A stretch of DNA of 64,000 nt, taken from Gammaproteobacteria bacterium (GTDB taxonomy: Bacteria > Pseudomonadota > Gammaproteobacteria > Steroidobacterales > Steroidobacteraceae). This document shows positions 41,377-50,384 of this stretch, piece after piece. A program made the position numbers and the translations under genes. Under the pieces are notes generated by a model. The model searched no databases. It saw nothing but the letters and a program-made list of their open reading frames with translations, and was not told the origin of the DNA. The DNA lies in NCBI GenBank assembly GCA_018970145.1, contig JAGWWY010000010.1:21783-85782 (forward strand). The letters are read 5' to 3'. Position 1 is the first letter of the stretch. Each line of letters begins with the position of its first letter.

Positions 41377-42609
41377 CTAGAGCTTGCCGGCAGCAGCGGC
41401 CTCGGGCGCCGTGGCGACGACCGTTCGCCCGCGATCGCGCTCGAGTGCAAAGCGCGAGCCCTCGGGCGGATGATCGAGGAAGAACTGCCTTACACCGTCA
41501 AAAATTGCATCAGCCAACTCGGCACGCTTGCCTTCAATATTCAGCAAACGCTCATCGGACGGACTCGAGATAAACGCCGTTTCGACCAGCATCGAGGGGA
41601 TATCGGGGCTCTTCAACACCAGGAATCCGGCCTGCTGCACTTGAGGCTTCCGTACTTCATTGACGCGACGCAACGATCGCAACACCCGCTCAGCTGCCAC
41701 CACGCTTTGACCGATTTGCGCGGACTGCGCGAGATCAACGAGCACTGAGGCAATCACGGGATCTTTGTCATCGAGTGAAATTCCACCCGCGAGATCAGCG
41801 GCGTTCTCACGATCGGCCAACCAACGCGACTGCTCGTCACTCGCACCTTTCTCCGAGAGCACGTACACCGAGGAGCCCGACACCGACGGATCGCGCACCG
41901 CATCGGCGTGCACCGAGACGAACAACTGGGCCCCCGCCGCTCGGGCGCGTCGAATCCGTTCGCGGTGCTTTAAGAAGTAGTCTCCATCGCGCGTGAGCAC
42001 GGCGCGCATGCCGGGCTCTTGATTGATACGCGCGGCAAGACGTCTGGAAATATCGAGCACGACGTCTTTTTCGTTGGTGCCTGCACGCCCGATCGCGCCC
42101 GGGTCCTGACCACCGTGACCCGCGTCGATGGCGACGATGACCTCGCGACCCGAAGTCGGCGGCGCATGTGCCGCCCTCACCTCCTTCAAGGGCGCACGAC
42201 TGATCGGTGCGTCCGCAGGTGAGGTCAAAGAAAATTCGAGCGTCGCCGTCCGGTTGGAGGATCCCTGTGATCCGATCGGTTGCAGTTGTACGACGGGATC
42301 AATCTCGAAAACCAAGCGTAGATCGCCGTTGGCTTGCGGTCCGGCGCGCAACGCCCGCACCGCGCCGTTGGCGGGCGGGAGTGTTTGCTTGGGTTTACCG
42401 GTGTTGGCGAGGTCGACCACCAATCGACGCGGCTGGTCGAGCACGAACCAGCGGGTCGGCGTTGATGCGGAGAGATCGATCCGAATCTGCGTCACCTCGG
42501 GCTGACTCTCGATCCGCAAGCTACGCAGCTCAGTGGACGCCTGCGCTGACACCGCAGTGATGCCAAGCAGCACGGCGGATACGACCCACGACCAAAGACG
42601 CCCTGTCAT
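41377..42609 (-). CDS. amiB: N-acetylmuramoyl-L-alanine amidase (AMIN domain plus Amidase_3)
   Basis: It has a signal peptide, an AMIN domain and an amidase_3 core (IDAGHGGQDPGA...SVHAD...E). Its position between tsaE and mutL matches E. coli. Confidence 0.85.
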   Translation of the reverse strand: MTGRLWSWVVSAVLLGITAVSAQASTELRSLRIESQPEVTQIRIDLSASTPTRWFVLDQPRRLVVDLANTGKPKQTLPPANGAVRALRAGPQANGDLRLVFEIDPVVQLQPIGSQGSSNRTATLEFSLTSPADAPISRAPLKEVRAAHAPPTSGREVIVAIDAGHGGQDPGAIGRAGTNEKDVVLDISRRLAARINQEPGMRAVLTRDGDYFLKHRERIRRARAAGAQLFVSVHADAVRDPSVSGSSVYVLSEKGASDEQSRWLADRENAADLAGGISLDDKDPVIASVLVDLAQSAQIGQSVVAAERVLRSLRRVNEVRKPQVQQAGFLVLKSPDIPSMLVETAFISSPSDERLLNIEGKRAELADAIFDGVRQFFLDHPPEGSRFALERDRGRTVVATAPEAAAAGKL

Positions 42610-42674
42610 GGGCGCGAACTGTACGCTTGAAACACGATAAATATCAACAAAATTAGGGCTCTAAGATCGACACT

Positions 42675-43145
42675 TCACAATGCCTGCAACCAATGGCGAC
42701 CCACCTCGGTCGCCGCCACTATTTCGATCTCGCGCGCGGTCCCAACGCCTCGCAACGAGATCTCAAGATCGAATTGACCGAGTACACGCTCTGCCCGCTC
42801 AGGCCACTCGACCATCCAGAGGTAGCCAGGCCGATCATAATCGGCGAGTCCAAGTCCCCGAACATCCGCTGCGTCGCGAAGTCGATACAGATCGATATGT
42901 ATGACGGCCAGCTGATCGAGCTCATATGCTTCGAGCAACGAGAACGTCGGACTCCGCACCGATCCACGCACGCCGAGACGACCCAGCAAACCGCGAGTGA
43001 GAGTCGTCTTGCCGGCGCCGAGATCGCCGCGCAGCGCGACCTTCAACGCGCCGCCCGCAAACGCTGGCATCGCCGCCGCGAGCTTCGCGCCAAATTCCAA
43101 GGTGGCTGATTCATCGCTCAATACGGACGTCATGGTCGAGATCAT
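42675..43145 (-). CDS. tsaE: tRNA t6A37 biosynthesis ATPase TsaE (YjeE)
   Basis: It has a P-loop (GDLGAGKTT) and the SPTFSL block. Its ATG overlaps the nnr stop. Confidence 0.9.
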   Translation of the reverse strand: MISTMTSVLSDESATLEFGAKLAAAMPAFAGGALKVALRGDLGAGKTTLTRGLLGRLGVRGSVRSPTFSLLEAYELDQLAVIHIDLYRLRDAADVRGLGLADYDRPGYLWMVEWPERAERVLGQFDLEISLRGVGTAREIEIVAATEVGRHWLQAL

Positions 43146-44695
43146 GGCAGACAGCGGGCGAGATCCATGGCGAGCTCGCCTGCCAACAAACCGCGATCCG
43201 ACGAGGCGACGGCCGCCTCACGCGGAGCGGCCGCCAAAGCGTGTAACCAGACAGCCGCCTGCGCGGCCAGGAGCGCGCTATCAGCACGGGCACGCGTAGA
43301 CTGCTGCGCCCAGATGCCAGCCACCGTACCGGCTAACACGTCACCGGTGCCCGCGGTGGCAAGGCGCGGGTTGCCGACGGCGCACAGAGTCGGCGTCTGA
43401 CCGGCGCAACCGATCCACGTGCCCGCCCCCTTGAGGACGACGATCGCCAAAGTTCGAGCTGCCAATGTCGCCAGCGCCGCGAGACGATCGGCTTGCACAT
43501 CGGCCGTTCCGAGTCCCAGCATCCGCGCCGCTTCGGCGGGATGTGGCGTCATCACCCAGGGACGAATCGGAGCATGCCGATCGCTCAAGAGCAGCCCGCC
43601 CGGCGACCTTGCCGCGAGGAGCGTGAGCGCATCGGCATCCAAAACCGTCGCCGCCGACTCATCGAGCGCGGCATCGAGCACTTGCGAGGCCCACTCGTCG
43701 CGACCGAGACCTGTGCCCACGACGCGCACATCCGCGCTTTGTAGATGACGCGCGATGGCACGGGCGTCCTCGATCGGTCTGACCATCAACTCCGGATGAG
43801 CTGTTGCGATGGACGCCGCTGAGGAGGGATGGCACAGCACCGTGACCTTGCCGGCACCGACCCGCAGCGCCGCAATCGCAGCAAGACGTGCGGCACCCGG
43901 CATGCCGATACCACCGCCGATCACGACGACGTGCCCCGCCTCACCCTTGTGAGTCGTAATCGAACGACGCGGCAACGCCCGATGCAGTGCGTGCTCGTCC
44001 AATCTTTGAGCGATGCACCCAACAGACGAGGCGGAGCGCTCAAAGAGCGCTGCGTCATCGACGAGGGTCCCCAACACCAGCGAACCGACCCAAGGAGCCG
44101 CTTCGATCAAAGTCAAACCGAGCTTGTGCGCAACAAAAGTCACTGTCAAATCGGCGCGGATGGCACAAGGACGCGGTGCGCCCGTGTCGGCACATAAACC
44201 CGAAGGCACATCAATAGACAGTACCGGACGCGCTGCGGCATTGACGAGTTGCACGACGCTACACAGCTCAGTGCTCAAGTCGCGCTGCAAGCCGATACCA
44301 AAGATTGCATCGACGATGACATCGGCGCGCGCAAGTCGCTCGGGCAAGCGCATCGAATCGAACAACTCGACCGGCACGCCCGCCGCAAGGCACTGCTCCG
44401 CCGCACGAGCGGCATCCCCGTTCAGCGCCTGAGGCGGCGTCAATGCCAGCACGCGCGGCGACAAACCGAGCGACCACGCCTCATGCGCAAGGATATAGCC
44501 ATCGCCGGCGTTGTTTCCGCCACCGGCGAGCACGAGGACATCCCGCGCTGCAGACCAGCGTGAACGCAACTGACGCATCGCGAACACACCGGCTCGTGAC
44601 ATCAACTCAAAGGACGGCACACCGACAGTCTGGATCCAGTGCTGCTCGAGCGCGCGGACCTGCGCGACGGTATGCAAGGAGAGCGGCGCTTTCAT
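43142..44695 (-). CDS. nnr: Bifunctional NAD(P)H-hydrate repair enzyme Nnr (YjeF: epimerase plus ADP-dependent dehydratase); start uncertain
   Basis: It has a YjeF_N domain (GGGNNGGDG) and a carbohydrate-kinase-like C-domain (GTGDVLAG). Candidate starts are ATG 44695 and ATG 44719. Confidence 0.9.
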   Translation of the reverse strand: MKAPLSLHTVAQVRALEQHWIQTVGVPSFELMSRAGVFAMRQLRSRWSAARDVLVLAGGGNNAGDGYILAHEAWSLGLSPRVLALTPPQALNGDAARAAEQCLAAGVPVELFDSMRLPERLARADVIVDAIFGIGLQRDLSTELCSVVQLVNAAARPVLSIDVPSGLCADTGAPRPCAIRADLTVTFVAHKLGLTLIEAAPWVGSLVLGTLVDDAALFERSASSVGCIAQRLDEHALHRALPRRSITTHKGEAGHVVVIGGGIGMPGAARLAAIAALRVGAGKVTVLCHPSSAASIATAHPELMVRPIEDARAIARHLQSADVRVVGTGLGRDEWASQVLDAALDESAATVLDADALTLLAARSPGGLLLSDRHAPIRPWVMTPHPAEAARMLGLGTADVQADRLAALATLAARTLAIVVLKGAGTWIGCAGQTPTLCAVGNPRLATAGTGDVLAGTVAGIWAQQSTRARADSALLAAQAAVWLHALAAAPREAAVASSDRGLLAGELAMDLARCLP

Positions 44696-44702
44696 GCGAG
44701 AC

Positions 44703-44710
44703 AGTATACT
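44703..44710. promoter_or_regulatory. Palindrome AGTATACT giving a TATACT -10-like hexamer on both strands, between the nnr and queG starts
   Basis: On the plus strand, TATACT (44705-44710) is followed by 7 nt and then ATG 44718. On the minus strand, TATACT (complement of 44703-44708) is followed by 7 nt and then ATG 44695. The arrangement is exactly symmetric. No -35 was recognised. Confidence 0.3.
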
Positions 44711-44717
44711 CGCGGCC

Positions 44718-45809
44718 ATGATGTCGCCCCCTGACTGGCAAGCCTTGCGAGACGATCTCGAGGCACTCGCGGCGGACGTCGGTTTCTCTGCCGTCGGGGT
44801 CGGCAACCTAGAGCTCGCGGACGACGAAGCCCACCTGCAACGCTGGCTGACCGAGGGTCGTCACGGTCAAATGCATTACATGGAGCGTCACGGCACGCGG
44901 CGTTCGCGTCCCGCGGAACTGCGCCCGGGTACGATTTGCGTCATCAGCGTGCGCATGGACTATTGGCCCGCAGAGGCAGCGCCGGCCGAGGAAGTACTCG
45001 CAACGCCGGAGCTCGGTTATGTATCGCGCTACGCGATCGGTCGCGACTACCACAAGATCCTGCGCCACAAACTGCAGACCCTCGCCGACCGTCTGGTCGA
45101 GCGCGTCGGTCCTTTCGGTTATCGCGCCTACGTGGACTCCGGACCGGTATTGGAGAAAGCACTGGCGCGAAATGCCGGCCTAGGCTGGATCGGCAAGCAC
45201 ACGAATCTGATTGCGAGCGATGCAGGCTCGTGGTTTTTCTTGGGCGAGCTCTACACCGACCTGCCGCTGCCGGTCGATACACGCGCCAGTGCCCATTGCG
45301 GCAGCTGTCAGGCCTGTATGCCCGCCTGCCCTACGGCCGCAATCACGGCGCCTTGGCAACTCGATGCAAGGCGATGCATCTCGTACCTGACCATCGAACA
45401 CGACGGCGTCATCGACGAATCACTCCGACCCTTGATGGGTAATCGCATCTACGGCTGCGACGATTGCCAGCTCGTCTGTCCTTGGAACAAATTCGCCCAA
45501 GCGGCCTCCCACCCGGATCTACGACGAGCGCGTCTCGGTCTCGATGCCGCAAAACTGACCGAGCTTTTCGCGTGGAGCGAGACAGACTTCGAGGAGAAGC
45601 TGCGCGGGTCGCCGATCCGTCGCATCGGACACGAACGGTGGTTGCGCAATATCGCCGTCGCGCTCGGCAACGGCGCTCCGAGTGAAGAGGCCTTGGCGGC
45701 CTTGGAGTCACGTCGTCACCATCCATCGCCCATAGTGCAAGAGCACGTGGGGTGGGCGTTGCAACAGCTCGCTACGCGTCGCCGCGAGGCAGCAAGGTCA
45801 AAAGATTAG
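44718..45809 (+). CDS. queG: Epoxyqueuosine reductase QueG; start uncertain
   Basis: It has two 4Fe-4S ferredoxin motifs (CGSCQACMPACP, CDDCQLVCP) and C-terminal HEAT-like repeats. Candidate starts are ATG 44718/44721 (best length match to E. coli) and ATG 44694 (preceded by AAGGAGAG). Confidence 0.9.
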   Translation: MMSPPDWQALRDDLEALAADVGFSAVGVGNLELADDEAHLQRWLTEGRHGQMHYMERHGTRRSRPAELRPGTICVISVRMDYWPAEAAPAEEVLATPELGYVSRYAIGRDYHKILRHKLQTLADRLVERVGPFGYRAYVDSGPVLEKALARNAGLGWIGKHTNLIASDAGSWFFLGELYTDLPLPVDTRASAHCGSCQACMPACPTAAITAPWQLDARRCISYLTIEHDGVIDESLRPLMGNRIYGCDDCQLVCPWNKFAQAASHPDLRRARLGLDAAKLTELFAWSETDFEEKLRGSPIRRIGHERWLRNIAVALGNGAPSEEALAALESRRHHPSPIVQEHVGWALQQLATRRREAARSKD

Positions 45810-46666
45810 GGACGAGTTGCACGGGTGTTGTCGATCAATCGAGCGCGCCCGAGGCGGGCCGCCACGAGGATCACCAGCGCCGATTCGGACAGACTCGGCG
45901 TCAGCAGCGTGTTGGCACTGCGGATGGTGAAATATTCGACCTTGAAGCCAAATGCGCGCAGGTTGCGCCGCGCCTCGGTCTCGAGCGCCTGTAAATCTTT
46001 GGCCGATTCGTCATCGGTGTCGATGGCAACTGCGACACGACGCAACTCTTCGTAAAGTTTCGGTGCGATCGCACGCTCATCCTCTGAGAGATAGATGTTG
46101 CGGGAGCTCAACGCCAAACCGTCGGGTGCACGGACCGTTGGCGATCCGACGATCTCGACGGGCAGAAACAAATCCGCTGTCATGCGCCGAATCACGAGCA
46201 GTTGCTGGTAATCCTTATCACCGAAAATCGCGACGTTGGGTTGCACCATACTGAAGAGACGCATCACCACACTGGCAACACCCTCGAAGTGACCGGGTCG
46301 AAACTCACCGTCAAGGATTTCACTGAAACCGGGAACCTGCACGCGCGTCGCGAAAGCCAACCCTCGCGGGTAAACCTCATTGACCTCGGGTGCAAACAAA
46401 ATGTCACAACCAGATCGCCGCAGAATTTCCGAATCGGCATCCGGCGTGCGCGGGTAACGCTCGTAATCTTCGCTCGGACCGAATTGCATCGGATTGACGA
46501 AGCTGCTGACGATCAAGCGCTTCGCGTGCTTGTAAGCCTGTCGGAAAAGCGCCATATGTCCGTCATGCAAATTGCCCATGGTCGGAACCAGAGCAATGCG
46601 ATCACCTGCGGCGCGCCACGCCGCCACCGTCTGACGTAGTTGTTCTACCGAGTTAACCCGTTGCAT
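45806..46666 (-). CDS. panC: Pantoate-beta-alanine ligase
   Basis: It contains ALVPTMGNLHDGH and other PanC blocks. I prefer ATG 46666 over GTG 46675. Confidence 0.95.
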   Translation of the reverse strand: MQRVNSVEQLRQTVAAWRAAGDRIALVPTMGNLHDGHMALFRQAYKHAKRLIVSSFVNPMQFGPSEDYERYPRTPDADSEILRRSGCDILFAPEVNEVYPRGLAFATRVQVPGFSEILDGEFRPGHFEGVASVVMRLFSMVQPNVAIFGDKDYQQLLVIRRMTADLFLPVEIVGSPTVRAPDGLALSSRNIYLSEDERAIAPKLYEELRRVAVAIDTDDESAKDLQALETEARRNLRAFGFKVEYFTIRSANTLLTPSLSESALVILVAARLGRARLIDNTRATRP

Positions 46667-46715
46667 TTGAGACACATCGTAGCAGAGTCACCATTTCGTA
46701 ACGGCACCCGTCCGT

Positions 46716-47546
46716 TCAACTGAAGCAGTGCTCGGGGGCCGGATACGTCAAGGATTTGACAGCCTGCACATAGCGACGCATCGCGTCGAGGTTGCCCGAG
46801 GCGCCTTGCATGCAATCGAGCACGAACCGGGGTTTGCGACCGGTGGTAATGCCGAGCACGTCGTAGAGCACCAGAATCTGCCCATCGGTGGCGGGGCCAG
46901 CGCCGATTCCAATGACCGGCACCTGCAAAGCTTCGGTGATGCGTTGACCCAGCTCGCTCGGAATGCACTCGAGCAGGATCAGATCAGCACCCGCAGACTC
47001 GAGGTCTTTCGCCGCCTGCACCATCGCCGCGGCCGCATCCCCACTGCGACCCTGAACTCGGAAGCCCCCGGTCTTGTGAACCGATTGCGGTTTGAGGCCA
47101 AGGTGCGCGCAGACGGCAATGTCGTGCGAAGACAAAAATTCGATCACATCGATTTGGGACGGCCCACTCTCGAGCTTCACCACCTCGGCGCCACCTTCTT
47201 GCATCAAGCGCACCGAATTGGCCAATGCCACATCGCGAGTCGGGTAACTGGCGAACGGCAGATCCGCCATCAACAAGGGGCGATGTAAACCTCGCGCAAC
47301 GGCTTTGCAGTGATAGACCATGTCGTCCATCGTGACCGGCACAGTCGTGTCATGTCCCTGAATCACCATTCCAAGTGAATCGCCAACCAGTACGAGATCG
47401 ACATCAGCCTCGTCGACCAGCGATGCAAAACTCGCGTCGTAACAGGTGAGCGAAGCAATCTTCTCGCCCTGCCCTTTCATGCGTGAGAGCGTGGCAAGCG
47501 AGACCGGTGGGCGAGTGGAATCGCGCAATTGCAGATGCGTGTACAT
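46716..47546 (-). CDS. panB: 3-methyl-2-oxobutanoate hydroxymethyltransferase
   Basis: It contains the PanB blocks LTCYDASFA, LVGDSLGMV and VKLEGG-like VKLESG. Confidence 0.95.
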   Translation of the reverse strand: MYTHLQLRDSTRPPVSLATLSRMKGQGEKIASLTCYDASFASLVDEADVDLVLVGDSLGMVIQGHDTTVPVTMDDMVYHCKAVARGLHRPLLMADLPFASYPTRDVALANSVRLMQEGGAEVVKLESGPSQIDVIEFLSSHDIAVCAHLGLKPQSVHKTGGFRVQGRSGDAAAAMVQAAKDLESAGADLILLECIPSELGQRITEALQVPVIGIGAGPATDGQILVLYDVLGITTGRKPRFVLDCMQGASGNLDAMRRYVQAVKSLTYPAPEHCFS

Positions 47547-47567
47547 GGGGGACCTTCCGAGGTGGAA

Positions 47568-48224
47568 TCAGAGCGCTGCGTGACGCAGCGGATTGAAATA
47601 GAGCTTACCGCGCCGCATGCGCTCGATCGCCACGAGCAGCTCGCTGAAATCGGCTTCGCGCGATAACGGATCGAGTGTCGCGGCATTCACGATCAAGGTC
47701 GGTGCGCCATCGTAGTCGTGAAAAAACCGAGCGTAGGCTTCGTTCAACTTTTCCAAATACGCGCGTTCGATTAATTGCTCGGCCTTGATCCGACGCTTCG
47801 CGATCCGCTCAATCAAGACATCGACTGGCGCCTGCAGGTAGATGACGAGATCGGGCTTGGGCGGATTCACCACCATGCGCGCATAGACCTGCTCGTAGAG
47901 ACTGAACTCAGCGTCATCGAGGGTCACCCGCGCGAACAGCTTATCCTTTTCGAGCAGATAATCGGCAACCCGCACCGAGGCAAACAGGTCGTCCTGATGC
48001 AGACCCGACAACTGCTGCGTCCGCTGGAACAAGAAGTGCAATTGCGCAGGTAGTGCCGAGCCGACCGGGTCGCGGTAAAAGCGCTCCAAAAAGGGATTGC
48101 TTTCGGCTTGCTCCAAAATGAGCTCCGCGCTCCAAACCGCTGCCAAACGGCGCGCCAAAGACGTCTTGCCGACCCCGATCGGGCCCTCGATGACAACGAA
48201 CCGGTGTTTGGGAACGTCCGACAT
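47568..48224 (-). CDS. Deoxynucleoside kinase family protein (dAK/dGK/dCK-like)
   Basis: It has a P-loop (IEGPIGVGKTS), NPFLERFY, a DRS-like region, the PDLVIYLQAP block and a LID-like RIAKRR. ATG 48224 or TTG 48242 could be the start. The TTG overlaps the folK stop. Confidence 0.8.
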   Translation of the reverse strand: MSDVPKHRFVVIEGPIGVGKTSLARRLAAVWSAELILEQAESNPFLERFYRDPVGSALPAQLHFLFQRTQQLSGLHQDDLFASVRVADYLLEKDKLFARVTLDDAEFSLYEQVYARMVVNPPKPDLVIYLQAPVDVLIERIAKRRIKAEQLIERAYLEKLNEAYARFFHDYDGAPTLIVNAATLDPLSREADFSELLVAIERMRRGKLYFNPLRHAAL

Positions 48225-48238
48225 GTTCTCCCGACCAC

Positions 48239-48727
48239 TCAAGCCAAACGCTGCATCCCTCGATCGGAAACCCGATCGGCTAGATCGCGAACACGACCCA
48301 AGCCCGGGATGTGCAAGTCGGCAGCAACGTCCCGCAGAGGATACAGAACGAAATCGCGTCCCGGTATCCCGGGGTGCGGCAACCGAAGTGACTCTGAATC
48401 GCGCCTCTCACGCCCGAAGACCAGTAAATCCAGGTCGATTTCACGCGGGCCCCAGCGCTCCGTTACCCTCGTCCGGCCGAGCTCCGTCTCCAACTGTTGC
48501 AACGCTGCAAAGAAATCCTCGAGCGGTAATTGGGTGAGCACCCCAACGACGGCATTGATGAAATCCGGCTGCCTGACCGGACCGAAGGGCACGGTCCGAT
48601 ACAAGGCGGAACGGCGCCAGGATCGAGTCTTGGGCAATGTCGAGATCGAGGTGATTGCGCGCTCGACGATCCTGCGCGGATCACCGAGATTACTTCCGAG
48701 AGCGACATAGGCCGGCTGCCAATACAC
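48239..48727 (-). CDS. folK: 2-amino-4-hydroxy-6-hydroxymethyldihydropteridine diphosphokinase
   Basis: It contains the HPPK blocks YVALGSNLGDP, ..GPREIDLDLL.. and LPHP. GTG 48727 is the likely start, 4 nt after the pcnB stop. Confidence 0.85.
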   Translation of the reverse strand: MYWQPAYVALGSNLGDPRRIVERAITSISTLPKTRSWRRSALYRTVPFGPVRQPDFINAVVGVLTQLPLEDFFAALQQLETELGRTRVTERWGPREIDLDLLVFGRERRDSESLRLPHPGIPGRDFVLYPLRDVAADLHIPGLGRVRDLADRVSDRGMQRLA

Positions 48728-48731
48728 GACA

Positions 48732-50204
48732 TCACTCGCTGCCACGTCGACCGCGACCACCTCGCCCGCGACGCCGCCCGCCCCGGCTACGCGTCGCACC
48801 GCTGCGGGCGGGGCCCGCCCCACTCACGCGCCCCAAGCTCTCCGCCATTGCCGCACGCTGCTCCGGGTTAGCCGACTGCATGCGGGCCCACCACTCGACC
48901 ATGGCGGTATCGGCCATCCCGAATTGCGAACGAAGTTGCAGCAGATCGAAGGCGGCACGGAAACGCGGGTGCTCCATCGTACGCAAGGCGCGACGGCCAC
49001 GCGGCGACTCCAAGCGTGGCTGAAGGGCGAACATGTCCCGCAAGCCGAGGATGAAACGCCGATGGACCGCGACACGCCGGTGAATGACCGTCACAGCTCG
49101 ATCGACCGCATCGAGAATTGTGCCGATATCGTGCCACTGTTCGCGTGGTGCCTTTTCGATCTCGAGGCCGATCGGCCCGTAGAGCAACACGGCGAACAAG
49201 AATCCCGGCGTCACCGGCTTGTCGGCCCGCACTCGCGCATCCGTGTTGGCGAGCGCCTGCAGCAGCATGCGAACGGGAGGACTGTCGGGATATCGCTCAA
49301 TGAAATCGCCGACGTTCGGCAGTAAGGCTGTCAGTAAACCTCGCTTGCTCAAGGTTTCGATACTGCGCGCGCCATGACCGGTCAAGAACAGCTTCAAGGT
49401 CTCGTCGAATAAACGCGCGGCCGGCACGCCGGCGAGCAGTGCCGCCAAGGGACCGATCGGCTCGGCGGTCGCAGGTTCGATCTCGAAGTCGAGTTTCGCC
49501 TCGAAGCGAGCCGCCCGCAGCATGCGCACCGGATCCTCACGATAACGGGTCTCAGGATCACCGATCAAACGCAGGCGACGCGCCTGCACATCTTCGAATC
49601 CATCGCAATAATCCCAAACAGAGAAGTCAGCGATGTTGTAGTACAACGCGTTGCAGGTGAAATCACGCCGCCAGACGTCATCGTCGATGTTGCCATAGAC
49701 GTTGTCGCGCAGGATGCGCCCGCTGTCGTCAACTAAGCGCTCCAGGTTTTCGTCAAAATCATGGATGTCGTGTGCGTCCACGGTATCGCCGGCTGTATCG
49801 CTCGGCTCGAGGTCATCGATCAAGTCCTCGGCGATCTCTACCGGCTCTTCCGCCTGCGACGGCGCACTCGAGGCGCGAAAAGTGGCCACCTCGATGATCT
49901 CGCGACCAAAAAATACGTGTGCCAGTCGGAAGCGCCGCCCCACCAGTCGGCAGTTACGAAACAGCTTAGCCACTTGTTCCGGCAGAGCATCGGTCGCGAC
50001 ATCGAAGTCTTTCGGCTCGATGCCGAGCATGAGATCGCGCACACAACCACCGACGAGGAAAGCCTGAAAGCCTGACTCGCGCAGCCGGTACAAGACACGC
50101 AACGCATCGGGTGAGATACGTGAGCGCGAAATGGGGTGGGAATCACGCGGGATAATGCGCGCGAGACGAGGGGTCGCCTCTCGGGAGGCAGGATTGGAAT
50201 TCAA
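48732..50204 (-). CDS. pcnB: Poly(A) polymerase I
   Basis: It has a nucleotidyltransferase head (LVGGCVRDLMLGIEPKDFDVAT) and an Arg-rich C-terminal tail. There is no in-frame ATG before the catalytic domain. The first start codon is TTG 50204. Confidence 0.9.
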   Translation of the reverse strand: MNSNPASREATPRLARIIPRDSHPISRSRISPDALRVLYRLRESGFQAFLVGGCVRDLMLGIEPKDFDVATDALPEQVAKLFRNCRLVGRRFRLAHVFFGREIIEVATFRASSAPSQAEEPVEIAEDLIDDLEPSDTAGDTVDAHDIHDFDENLERLVDDSGRILRDNVYGNIDDDVWRRDFTCNALYYNIADFSVWDYCDGFEDVQARRLRLIGDPETRYREDPVRMLRAARFEAKLDFEIEPATAEPIGPLAALLAGVPAARLFDETLKLFLTGHGARSIETLSKRGLLTALLPNVGDFIERYPDSPPVRMLLQALANTDARVRADKPVTPGFLFAVLLYGPIGLEIEKAPREQWHDIGTILDAVDRAVTVIHRRVAVHRRFILGLRDMFALQPRLESPRGRRALRTMEHPRFRAAFDLLQLRSQFGMADTAMVEWWARMQSANPEQRAAMAESLGRVSGAGPARSGATRSRGGRRRGRGGRGRRGSE

Positions 50205-50219
50205 AGCAATGCGTTCCGC

Positions 50220-50247
50220 TTGAGCAATCGTGGCGGGCCCCTATAAT
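50220..50247 (+). promoter_or_regulatory. Candidate sigma70 promoter of tRNA-Glu (and possibly the LOG gene)
   Basis: It reads TTGAGC (50220-50225), N16, TATAAT (50242-50247), 33 nt upstream of the tRNA 5' end. Confidence 0.5.
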
Positions 50248-50280
50248 ACCTCGCCTCGGTACGTCATCACTCGGCCCCAC

Positions 50281-50356
50281 GCTCCTTTCGTCTAGAGGCC
50301 CAGGACATAGCCCTCTCAAGGCTGTAACACGGGTTCGAATCCCGTAAGGAGCGCCA
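50281..50356 (+). tRNA. tRNA-Glu (anticodon CUC), encoded CCA
   Basis: The acceptor is GCTCCTT/AAGGAGC. The D-arm GTCTAGAGGCCCAGGAC is typical of tRNA-Glu. The anticodon loop is CTCTCAA, the T-loop is TTCGAAT, and the 3' end is GCCA. Confidence 0.85.
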
Positions 50357-50384
50357 CTTCATATCCCCACTGTGTGTCACCGCG

